A stretch of 64,000 bases of DNA from Malacoraja senta (taxonomy: Eukaryota). The notes beneath the pieces are model-generated. The model saw only the letters and a program-made list of their open reading frames with translations, was not told the origin of the DNA and ran no database searches. The position numbers and the translations under genes were made by a program. The stretch spans positions 4,032,001 through 4,096,000 of the forward strand of contig CM075997.1 of the NCBI GenBank assembly GCA_038087875.1, given 5' to 3'. Shown here piece by piece: positions 50,580 through 61,746 of the stretch. Each line of letters opens with the position of its first letter. The first letter of the stretch is position 1.

Positions 50580-50975
50580 GAAGGAACAGCAGATGCTGGA
50601 AAATCGAAGGTAGACAAAAATGCTGGAGAAACTCAGCGGGTGAGGCAGCATCTATGGAGCGAAGGAAATAGGCAACGATTCGGGTCGAAACCCTTCTTCA
50701 GACTGGTGGAGCCCAGGTGGGCCAGGAATCGTTTATGGAAGACGTGGATGTTCCGTAGGTCAGGGTGAGTGAGGCCCGAAGTTTCGGGAGAGTCAAAGCG
50801 AGGTCCTGCTGGTGCCGGCGCATCGCAGCCAGGGTAGATCGCGGAGCACGGACGGAGAATTGCCGTGTATGGCGGCAGATAGCCAGTCGGTATCGATAGT
50901 CCGGGTTGGGTCCGAACTGGGAGGTAGGGAACTGGAGCTGGAAACCATGAGCTACAAGATGGAGGCGTAGGCGTC
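50580..50975 (-). mobile_element. Penelope-like fragment: probable ORF N-terminal region joined to the terminal repeat
   Basis: Minus frame RLRLHLVAHGFQLQFPTSQFG...RSTLAAMRRH adjacent to the terminal-repeat unit. Confidence 0.4.
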
Positions 50976-52792
50976 AATAGACAATAGACAATAGGTGCAG
51001 AAGTAGGCCATTCGGCCCTTCGAGCCAGCACCGCCATTTAATATAATCATTGCTGATCATCCAATATCAGAACCCCGTTCCTGCTTTTTCCCCAGATCCC
51101 TTGATTCCCTTAGCCCTAGGAGCTAAATCTAACTCTCTCTTGAAGATGTCCAATGAATTGGCCTCCACTGCCTTCTGTGGCAGAGACTTCCACAGATTCA
51201 CATCTCTCTGGGTGATTCCACAGATTCACCACTGCTCTCTGGGTAAGTTCTGTTTCGGTGTCAAGAGCGAGGGGGGGCCGTCGGAGAAACTGGGGTGGGA
51301 GAGGGACGGAGAGGGAATGGAGATCTCTCCATCCGCACTCCCAGAGTCTGCCACTCCATCAGTACAACTCCACAGTATGTCCCTCCACAATGTGTCTCTA
51401 CTATTGCACAGTGTCCCCTGAACCACCCCATAGTGTGTCTCCCTATTCGTATGACCCCACACAGTGTATCATAGAAACATAGACATAGAAAATAGGTGCA
51501 GGAGGAGGCCATTTGCCCTTCGAGCCAGCACCGCCATTCATTGTGATCATGGTTGATCGTCCCCTATCAATAACCCGTGCCTGCCTTCTCCCCATATCCC
51601 TTGACTCCACTAGCCCCTAGAGCTCTATCTAATTCTCTCTTAAATCCATCCAGTGACTTGGCCTCCACTGCCCTCTGTGGCAGAGAATTCCATAAATTCA
51701 CAACTCTCTGGGAGAAAAAGCTTTTTCTCACCTCAGTCTTAAATGACCTCCCCTTTATTCTAAGACTGTGGCCGCTGGTTCTGGACTCGCCCAACATTGG
51801 GAACATTTTTCCTGCATCTAGCTTGTCCAGTCCTTTTATAATTTTATATGTTTCTATAAGATCCCCCCTCATCCTTCTAATCACTCCAACCCTACCTCCG
51901 CATAGGGTATTACTCCATCAGTACCACCGCACATTGTCACTCCATCAGTAATACCTCACGGCGTGTAGATCCATGAATAACACGCCACCATGTATCATTC
52001 CTAGGGCCGAGGATGTCATGTCAAGTCAAGTCAAGTTTATTCGTCACATACGCATACGAGATGTGCAGTGAAATGAAAAGTGGCAACACTCGCGGATTGT
52101 GCAAAAAAACACAAAACAGAATGGAACAGAATCACATATTCACATATTACATATTTGTGGGAGGGAAAAAAAGAAAAAACAGCAATTTTAAAAAGACACC
52201 ACCCAACAGTAGATTGGTTCAGTAAAGTTAGTCCCTGGAGAGATGGGAGTTTACAGTCCTAATGACCTCTGGGAAGAAACTCCTTCTCATCCTCTCCGTT
52301 TTCACAGCATGGCAACGGAGGCGTTTGCCTGACCGTAGCAGCTGGAACAGTCCGTTGCTGGGGTGGAAGGGGTCCCCCATGATCTTGTTGGCTCTGGATC
52401 TGCACCTTCTGATGTATAGTTCCTGCAGGGGGGCGAGTGTAGTTCCCATAGTGCGTTCGGCCGAATGTCCTGGTCGGGTTGCTCCTGGGCCTGGCCAAGC
52501 TGGCCATCCATCCGCGAGTCACGGCGCCAGGCGGAAGAGGGCTTTGCCCGAGCCAGATGCCTGCCCCTTTTCCGGGGTTACGTCCGCGCCCGGGTGGTGT
52601 TAGAGAGGGACATTAGTTGTATACTAGTTATTTGGTTGTTTGAAAATGTAGTGTCTAGATAATTTGGTGATGTTGTACTATGGTGGTGGGTGTGATACCA
52701 CAGTTTTGTTTTTGTATCGTCATCCAAATGAAATAAATTATTTTTGATAGAAGAAAAAAACATGTCATTCCATCAGTATGACACACCATCGG

Positions 52793-53135
52793 TTACTTGA
52801 AGTTAGAGAAGTCAATGTTCATACCGCTGGGGTGTGAGCTACCCAAGTGAAATATGAGGTGCTGTTCCTCCAATTTGCACTGGGCCTCACTCTGACAGTG
52901 GAGGAGGCCCTGGACAGAAAGGTCAGTGTGGGAATGGGAGGAAACCGGGCAAGCGTAAGCCGAGACCTGGCGCTTGTTCTCACCGATGTATAGGAGTCCA
53001 CACCTGGAACAGCGGATACAGTAGATGAGGTTGGAGGAGGTGCAAGTGAACCTCTGCCTCACCTGGAAATACTGTCGGGGACCTTGGACGGAGTCGAGGG
53101 GGGAGGTAAAGGGACAGGTGTTGAATATCCTGCAG
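52793..53135 (-). mobile_element. Penelope-like element GIY-YIG endonuclease remnant
   Basis: FTCTSSNLIYCIRCSRCGLLYIGE...KLEEQHLIFHLG...PSGMNIDFSNF. Similar 3' ends at ~5070-5280 (-), ~7430-7700 (-), ~15820-15910 (-), ~42545-42770 (-) and ~61755-62220 (+). Confidence 0.85.
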
Positions 53136-53867
53136 TTACATAGAAAATAGGTGCAGGAGGAGGCCATTCGGCCCTTCGAGCCAGTTTTAGTTTAGTTTAG
53201 TTTAGTGATGCAGTGCGGAAACAGGCCCTTCGGCCCACTGGGTCGGCACCGACCAGCGATCCCCGCACACTAACACTATCCTAAACCAACTAGGGACAAT
53301 TTTTACATACATCAAGCCAATTAACCTACAAACCTGCCACGTCTTTGGAGTGTGGAAGGAAACTGAAGATTGCGGAGAAAACCCACGCAGGTCACGGGGA
53401 GAACGTACAAACTCGGTACAGACAGCACCCGTAGTCGGGATCGAACCTGGGTCTCCGGCGCTGCATTCGCTGTAAGGCAGCAACTCTACCGCTTCGCCAG
53501 CACCACCGGTTGGAGGGGAAGGTACCTGGGGAGGGGGGCGGTTTGGGCGGGAAGGGATGAGTTAACCAGGGAGTTGCGGAGGGAACGGACTCTGCGGAGA
53601 GCGGAAAGGGGTGAAAATATTCTTCATTCTGAATAAAGTTTATGTTGGGTTTTTTTTAAATCCGACCTGTAACTCACAGAACGGTGACCTTACAAGTGAC
53701 AAGTTAATACAAATGAGTCAGCACCTTTAAGAGCGAGAGTGTGCATGGATGGTGGAAAAAGGGAGAGGTTGCTTCTGTAGAAACACACAATGGCAAATCC
53801 TAGAAAAACCTAAAGGAACATGAATCACAAACATATTTAGACAGCGGCAAAAAGGTGTGGGGGGGAG

Positions 53868-54180
53868 GGGCAGCACAGTAGCGCAGCGGTAGAGTTGCTG
53901 CCTCACAGCGCCACAGACCCAAGTTCGATCCTGACTACGGGTGCTGTCTGTACGGAGTTTGTACGTTCTCCCCATGACCTGCGTGGGTTTTCTCCGGGAG
54001 CTCCGGTTTGCTCCCACATTCTGAAGACGTACAGGTTTGTAGATTAATTGGCTTCGGCGAAATTGTAAAATTGTCCCTCGTGTTAGTGTAGGGTACTGTT
54101 AGTGTGCGGGGATCGCTCGTCGGCACGGACTCGGTGGGCCGAACGGGCCTGTTTCCATGCTGCATCTCTGAACTAAACTA
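53868..54180 (+). mobile_element. HE1-like tRNA-derived V-SINE (representative copy)
   Basis: A-box/B-box head, V-SINE core GGAGTTTGTACGTTCTCCCC...GGGTTTTCTCC, CR1-type tail with (CTAAA)n. Other copies at ~31675-31900 (+), 33800-34110 (-), 38290-38600 (-), 40725-41010 (-), 53190-53500 (-), 56600-57083 (+), 59787-60115 (+), 62760-63085 (-) and 63760-64000 (+). Confidence 0.85.
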
Positions 54181-56823
54181 AGGAACTGCAAATGCATCAG
54201 GAATGGACGCGGCCACAACCAACAAGGGGGTCGGTGCGGTGGTCGTAGAGGTCGATGGTCATCGCGGGCACCGCCGGTCGTGGACGGGCCACGTGGGAAC
54301 CAGAGGATGTGCCGCCGGGAACAAAGGAGGACCCGGCGTTAAGGGACTTTGTAACTTTCTCTTCGTCCTTTACGTAGCAACTCTTTGCATACCTTGAGTA
54401 CGCAAAACAAAGAATATCACTGTGACTTGTCACGTGTGACAATAAAGTATTCGTTACTTAATTTATTAATTCATTCATTCGTGCTGCTTTATACCGAGGA
54501 TAGACACAAAGGGCTGGAGTAACTCAGCGGGTCAGGCAGCATCTCTGGAGAGAAGGAACAGGTGACGTTTCAGGTCCAGATCCTTCCTCAGAACTGCAGC
54601 TGCTGGTTTACACAAAGGGACACAAAATGCTGGAATAGCCCTACAGGTCAGGCATCATCGAGACCGTTCTTCACAACCCAAAATGTCATCTATCCATGTT
54701 ACATAGAAACATAGAAAATAGGTGCAGGAGTCGGCCATTCGGCCCTTCGAGCCAGCACCGCCATTCAATATGATCATGGCTGATCATCCAGAATCATTAC
54801 CCCGTTCCTGCCTTCTCCCAATATCCCTTGATTCCGTTAGCCCTAAGAGCTCTCTCTTGAAAACATCCAGTGAATTGGCCTCCACTGCCTTCTGTGGCAG
54901 AGAATTCCACAGATTCACAACTCTCTGGGTGAAAAAGTTTTTCCTCATCTCCGTCAAAATGGCCGACCCCTTATTCTTAAACTGCGACCCCTGGTTCTGG
55001 ACTCCCCCAACATGGGGAACATTTTTCCTGCACCTTGCCTGTCCAACCTCTCAGGAATTTTCTAAAAGATCCCCTTTCAACCTTCTAAATTCCAGTGAAT
55101 ATAAGGCCAGTCGATCCATTCTTTCATCATATGTCAGTCCCGCCATCCCGGGAATTAACCTGGTGAAACTACGCTGCACTCCCTCAATCGCAAGGATGTC
55201 CTTCCTCAAATGAGGAGACCAAAACTGCACACAATACTCCAGGTGTTTAAGAAGGAACTGCAGATGCTGGAAAAATCGAAGGTAGAAGTAAATGCTGGAG
55301 AAACTCAGGTGAGGCAACATCTTTGGAGCGAAGGAATAGGTGACGTTTCGGGTCGTGACCCTTCTTCCGAAGGGTTACGACCCGAAATGTCACCTATTCC
55401 TTCGCTCTATAGATGCTGCCTCACTCGCTGAGTTTCTCCAGCATTTTTATCTACCTACAATACCCCAGGTGTTCTCCAGAAAGTGGGATAACATAGAACT
55501 AGTGTGAATGGGTGATCTGTGTTCTCCAGAGTTGCTCCAGTGTTTTGTGTTGTTTTGAGCAAACCAGCATCTGCAGTTCCTTCCTATACAGGCTCACCGT
55601 GACCTCCATGCTCTTGTACTCTCTCCCTCGATGTATACAACCTTTGATCTCATACAGATTTGTTAATAGCTTTCTAAATCTGCCCTGCCGTGCAGTGAGC
55701 CACTTGGTCCGGTGCCAACTATGAATCACTGGGGCGAACAAGGCAGACATCGAAGCGATCAAGTGCTTGAGGCTTGAGTTTGTTGCAGGCACATGTGGCA
55801 AGGTTGGAGAAGTCCAAAAGACAGCAGGGAACATGTCAGCGAAGGTAGACACAATAAGCTGAGGTAACTCAGTGGGTCAGGTGGCATCTCTGGAGAAAAG
55901 GAATAGGTGACCCATCTTCAGACCCAAAACATCACCTACTCCTTTTCTCCAGAGATGCAGTCTGACCCGTTGAGTTACTCCAGCTTTTTGTGTCTTGAAA
56001 CCATCATAGAAACATAGAAACATAGAAAATAGGTGCAGGAGTAGGCCATTCGGCCCTTCGAGCCTGCACCGCCATTCAATATGATCATGGCTGATCATCC
56101 AACTCAGTATCCTGTACCTGCCTTCTCTCCATACCCCCTGATCCCTTTAGCCACAAGGGCCACAATTAACTCCCTCTTAAATATAGCAAATGAACTGGCC
56201 TCAACTACCTTCTGTGGCAGAGAATTCCACAGATTCACCACTCTCTGTGTGAAAAATGCTTTTCTCATCTCGGTCCAAAAAGACTTCCCCCTTATCCTTA
56301 AACTGTGACCCCTTGTTCTGGACTTCCCCAACATCGGGAACAATCTTCCTGCATCTAGCCTGTCCAACCCCTTAAGAATTTTGTAAGTTTCTATGAGATC
56401 CCCCCTCAATCTTCTAAATTCTAGCGAGTACAAGCCGAGTCTATCCAGTCTTCCTTCATATGAAAGTCCTGCCATCCCAGGAATCAGTCTGGTGAACCTT
56501 CTCTGTACTCCCTCTGCATCTGCAGTTCCTTCTGACACAGGGAACATGTTGGCTGCAGAAGGAGAAGCAGAAGCAATTTGAGAGCTGGAAGATAGGGTGG
56601 CACGGTGGCGTGGCGCAGCGGTAGAGTTGCTGCCTTACAGCACTTGCAGCGCCGGAGACCCCGGTTCGATCCCGACTACGGGCGCTGTCTGTACGGAGTT
56701 TGTACGTTCTCCCCGTGACCTGCGTGGGTTTTCTCCGAGATCTCCGGTTTCCTCCCACACTCCAAAGACCTGCAGGTTTGTAGGTTAATTGGCTTGGTGT
56801 GTGTGTAAATTGTCCCCAGTGGT

Positions 56824-56877
56824 GGGGCGGGAGATTGCAACCTTCACGTGGCCCGCCCTGTTTCGACGAATGCAATC
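56824..56877 (+). ncRNA. Minimal CPEB3/HDV-like ribozyme fold (family B), 54 nt
   Basis: P1 GGGGCGG/CCGCCCU with G1-U wobble; P2 GAUUGCA/UGCAAUC; P3 ACC/GGC (ACC/GGU in the copy at 20.4 kb); L3 UUCACGU; GU junction; vestigial P4 UUCGA; J4/2 CGAA with putative catalytic C at 56867. Confidence 0.8.
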
Positions 56878-56962
56878 AACCTGGCATGCACAGTCAAATA
56901 AGATCAAATAGAACAAGTTGGCCTACAACTTTAGGCTGTGCACGCCATACACAAGAAGAAGA
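56824..56962 (+). mobile_element. Short ribozyme-headed retroposon (family B, ~140 nt)
   Basis: Ribozyme head; 3' stem TGGCATGCACAGTC/GGCTGTGCACGCCA enclosing AAGTTG/CAACTT; (GAA)n tail; TSD TGTCCCYAGTG at 56811-56821 and 56963-56973 within an HE1-like SINE. Confidence 0.8.
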
Positions 56963-57199
56963 TGTCCCTAGTGTGTGTAGGATAGTGTTTGTGTGCGGGG
57001 ATCGCTGGTCGGTGCGGACTCGGTGGGCCGAAGGGCTGGTTTCCGCGCTGTATCTCTAAACTAAACTAAACTAAACCAAACTAAGGATAAAAAGCCATTT
57101 GGGAAGATGCACGCAGCAGGTAGCCAGGACAGAGTCCAGTCACTCACCTAGTTTAACATCGCAGCTGTCATTGATGCTGTGCTGTGCCTGTTAGTCTGT

Positions 57200-57455
57200 G
57201 TTCAAGATGGCGGTCGGAGGGGAGAGTGGACGCTGGCACGAGTTGGTCGCCGCTGCTCTCTCCTCAAATTGTGTTTCTTATTTTCTTTTTGTGCTTTTGT
57301 AATTGAATTCTGTCCTTGATTTGTGTATTGTGGTGTTTTTATATTTAATTTATTCCGATTATGTGTTTTGTATTTTTGTGATTCTATGCCTTGTAAGGTG
57401 TCCTTGGGTGTTAGAAAGGCGCCAGCAAATAAAATGAATTATTATTATTATTATT
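57200..57455 (+). mobile_element. Short non-autonomous element with an L2-type 3' tail
   Basis: Starts CAAGATGGCG and ends TGTAAGGTGTCCTTGGG...AAAGGCGC...AATAAAATG(ATT)n. Confidence 0.45.
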
Positions 57456-57537
57456 GATGAGAATATTTACGTTGTACGTTCTCCCCGTGACCGCGTGGGT
57501 TTTCTTAGGGTGCTCTGGTTTCCTCCTACACTACTAA

Positions 57538-57775
57538 AGGGCCTGCCCCACTTTCACGACCTAATTCACGACTTTTTTTACCCGTGGACATTTTTCATCA
57601 GGCTAGAAAAAACGCCCCGACCTACTTGATGCCACGAGTACTTACGACTAGCATCACGGCCTGCTACGACCTATCTACGACCTCCTACGACCTTGTGACG
57701 ACCATGCTGCGAGTATGAGTCAAGGGCAAACTCGGCAGAGGTCGTGAATTAGGTCGTGAAAGTGGGACAGGCCCT
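57538..57775. mobile_element. PIF/Harbinger-like MITE
   Basis: TIR AGGGCCTGYCCCACTTTCACGACCTAATTCACGAC; TAA TSD. Confidence 0.8.
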
Positions 57776-60420
57776 TAAGTCATAGGAGCAAAAGTAGGCC
57801 ATTCGGCCCATCAAGTCTACTCCGCCATTCAATCATGGCTGATCTATCTTTCCCTCTTAACCCCATTCTCCTGCCTTCTCCCCATAACCCCTGACACCCA
57901 TGCATTGCCTCCACAGCCGTCTGTGGCAAAGACTTCCACAGATTCACCACCCTCTTGTTAAACAACGTCTTCCTCATGGTACGTCCCTTTATTCTGAGGC
58001 TGTGCCCTCTGGTTCGAAACTCTCCCACTAGTGGAAACATCCTCTCCACATCCACTCTATCCAGGCCTTTCGCTGTTCGGTACGTTTAAACGATTCCTCC
58101 CTCATCCTTCTAAACTCCATCGCGTACAGGCCCAGTGCCGTCAGGGCAGAAGCAGATTAAAGACACGATAGAATGACGTGTTTTATTCAGCGCCTGGTTC
58201 TGTGATACACTCTCTGAGGTGACTTTGCGAACCCTAGATTGATTGAATGAATTCATGAATGAAAGATATATAGCATGGAAACAGGCCCTTCGGCCCACCG
58301 CGTCCACACCAACCATCGATCACCTCTTCTCGTTTTCACACCTTACCCTTCCTTATCTTTGTGTCTCTCTCTCCCCTGACTCTCAGTCTGAGGAAGGTCT
58401 TGACCCGAAACGCAACCGATTTCTTTTATCCAGAGATGCTGTTTGTCCCGCTGAGTTACTCCAGCATTTTACAAGGTTACAAGGTTAATTCCACTTAATC
58501 CCAATTACAAGGTTAATTCCCGGGATGGCGGGACTGTCATATGCTGAGAGAATGGAGCGGCTGGGCTTGTACACTCTGGAGTTTAGAAGGATGAGAAGGG
58601 ATCTTATTGAAACATATAAGATTATTAAGGGTTTGGACACGCTAGAGGCAGGAAACATGTTCCCGATGTTGGGGGAGTCCAGAACCAGGGGCCACAGTTT
58701 AAGAATGAGGGGTAAACCATTAAGAATGGAGACGAGGAAACACTTTTTCACACAGAGAGTTGTGAGTCTGTGGAATTCTCTGCCTCAGAGGGCAGTGGAG
58801 GCCAGTTCTCTGGATACTTTCTAGAGAGAGCTAGATAGGGCTCTTAAAGATAGCAGAGTCAGGGAATATGGGGAGAAGGCAGGAACGGGGTACTGATTGG
58901 GGATGATCAGCCATGATCACATTGAATGGCGGTGCTGGCTTGAAGGGCCGAATGGCCTACTCCTGCACCTATTGACTATTGTCTATTGTCTATTTTGTAT
59001 TTATCTTCGGTGTAAACCATCATCTGCAGTTCCTTCCGACACAGATCACCTGTTCACACTAGTTCTATGTTATCCCACTTTCTCATCTACTCCCGACATA
59101 CGCATGGGCAATAATCCTGGTGGGAGCCTGTCGCCCCCTGTTTTGAGAGCCCGATCAAAAATGTCCACGAGTAAAAAAATGGTCGGGATGAAAGAAATTG
59201 CAACTTTTTACTCGTAAGGAGGGCATCGAAATAGTCGTGGGAATTCGTAGACATACTCGTAGGAGTTCGTGAACATAGTTGTGGAAGGTCGAAGGAGTTC
59301 GTAGATTATCACAACCTTGATTTTTTGACAGGCCCTTTATGCTGCTCCAAGTTAAAATGTCATTGTTTGGTTTTCGGTGCATATGAGAATTAAATACTCT
59401 TGACTTTCGACAGTCTCTTGAGGCCAATTAACCTACAAACCCACACGTATGTCTTTGGTATGTGGGAGGAAACCGGAGCACCCGGAGAAAACCCACGTGG
59501 TCACAGGGAGAACGGGCAAACTTCACACACAGACAGAACCCGGGTCTCTGACGCTGTGAGGCAGCAGCTCCACCCGCTGCACCACAAGTACAGTGCTGGC
59601 GAGTCCCTGCTTTTCTGCACAACAGTGCTGTGAACTGTTTTCAGTTTCCCCGAAAGGCTATCTTTAATCATCTCGTGTGAAAATGACACTTCTGACAGCA
59701 TAACACTCTCTCTCTGTACCACATTATAATATCAGCACAGCTATTTATGTTCCTGCCTCGAGACCTAGGCATGGTCTAAGGACGTTCACGGTGGCGCAGC
59801 GGTAGAGTTGCTGCCTTACAGCGAATGCAGCGCCGGAAACCCAGGTTCGATCCCGACTACGGGTGCTGTCTGTACGGAGTTTGTACGTTCTCCCCGTGAC
59901 CTGCGTGGGTTTTCTCCGAGATTTTCGGTTTCCTCGCACACTGCAAAGACATACAGGTAAGTAGGTAAATTGGCTTTGTATAAATGTAACAAAAATTGTC
60001 CCTTGTGTGTGTGTGTGTGTAGGATAGTGTTAATATTCAGGGATCACTGGTCGGCGCGGACTCGGTGGGCCGAAGTGCCTTTTTCGCGCTGTATCTCTAA
60101 GTTAAACTAAACTAACCTCCAGACCCCAAACCTCGAAATCATAAGCCGCGAAGTAGCCAAAACACCATCCAAACCCTGGCTCCAATGTTATCACAGAAAG
60201 AGAAAAAATATCTTTCCTTAGCTACACACACAGACTTCCTCAGTCCAGAAGTCTCAATTCAAATGTAGCCAAAGCACCAGCTAAACCCTGGGCACCAATG
60301 CTACCTCAAACAGGGAAAAAAATTCCCTCACAACGCACACAGGCTTCTTCAGTCCAGAAGCCCTCCAAAAAAAACCCACAAACGTCTAGGGTTCTTAAAA
60401 CTTAGGACGAGCCCCCATTT

Positions 60421-61003
60421 TGTTATGACTCCCGAAAGCAGGCATTTCAGAGTCCAGGGGCCACAGTTTAAGAATGAGGGGTAAACCATTAAGAACGGAG
60501 ACGAGGAAACATAAGTCCAAAAGCCAAGTTTACGTTCAAAAATAGTTTAATTATTGATAACACCCCAAAACCCAAACCGGCTTCAAACAACCCAGACAAG
60601 AATGAATGGATTAATAAACAACTTAAAGGTGCTCAGGCCAGTCACGCGATGGACCGTCGAACCCGAGGCTCTAAACCTGCCTAAAAGAAAGCTATCCCTG
60701 AAACAAAATACCGATAACATCTAAGGACAGCCCAATCCAATAGTCGTTACTACAAAATGATGGAATTACACGAAGTTCTATGCCATGTGGCCGGGCCTTT
60801 CACAGCTCACACCAGCACAACCTCACGAGGCAGGGTCGTCACCGAAAAAGAGAGAACTCTGGGAAATCTTCCATTTATACTGGGGATGAGTCAGCCGTCA
60901 CCTGACGCAGCCCAGCCAATCAGGTACAGGATCCTTCCAGCCTGCACTTGGGAAGAAACAGAGGTTAACACACAACATTGACCAGGAGGGGGAGCGTGTC
61001 ACA
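60421..61003 (-). mobile_element. 5' LTR of an LTR retroelement with tRNA-Pro PBS and a short internal leader (to ~60120)
   Basis: TGT...ACA termini; CCAAT 60916, TGACTCA 60887-60893, TATAAAT 60873-60879, ATTAAA ~60546-60551. PBS TGGGGGCTCGTCC at 60417-60405. Nested CR1 fragment ~60456-60513. Confidence 0.75.
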
Positions 61004-61205
61004 GCGACCAACATCAACAGTGATGAATATGCGGCCCAAACAGCGATGGGCCGAATGGCCTAATTCTGCTCCTATGACATATGAAGCTACCTAGCTCTAT
61101 CACTCTGAAGTGAGTAAATTAAAAATAATCAGACATTTGGAGCAATTGGAGTATGTATAGCCTCCGAGAATGTTGGATGGAGTCTTGTCATGGGCCTGTC
61201 GTCAT

Positions 61206-61746
61206 GGGCCTGTCCCACTTAGGCGATTGAAGACAAAAGTGCTGGAGAAACTCAGCGGGTGCGGCAGCATCTATGGAGCGAAGGAAATAGGCAACGTTTC
61301 GGGCCGAAACCCTTCTTCAGACCTCAGTTGCCTATCTCCTTCGCTCCATAGATGCTGCCGCACCCGCTGAATTTCTCCAGCACTTTTGTCTACCTTTGAT
61401 TTTCCAGCATCTGCAGTTCCTTCCTTGACCACCTTAGGCAATTGTTTAGGCAACTACAGGCGACTAGTTTGTCACCACATGTTCGCCGGTGGTTGCCGGG
61501 AGTAGTCTCCTCAGTCGCGCAAAAAGTCGTAGCGTCTTTCTATCGCTGCTAAATTTTCAACATGTTGTCGATTTTTCGGCGACAGTGAGTTTGACGTCAC
61601 TGAGCGTAGCTTGACTTCTCCTGACGTAGGTGCTGTCGTAGGTTGACGCCAGGATGACGTAGGTCATTGCCGGTTTATCAGTGACCTGCTACGGACTATG
61701 ACAGTCGCCGCAGTCGCCTAAAGAATTGCCAAGTGAACAGGCCCAG
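61206..61746. mobile_element. Harbinger-like MITE interrupted by a Penelope-terminal pair
   Basis: TGGGCCTGTCCCACTT ... AAGTGAACAGGCCCA termini. Confidence 0.55.

Noticed and set aside
56604..56680. tRNA-like A/B boxes as real tRNA genes
   Set aside because: They are heads of HE1-like SINEs, followed by the V-core and LINE tail.
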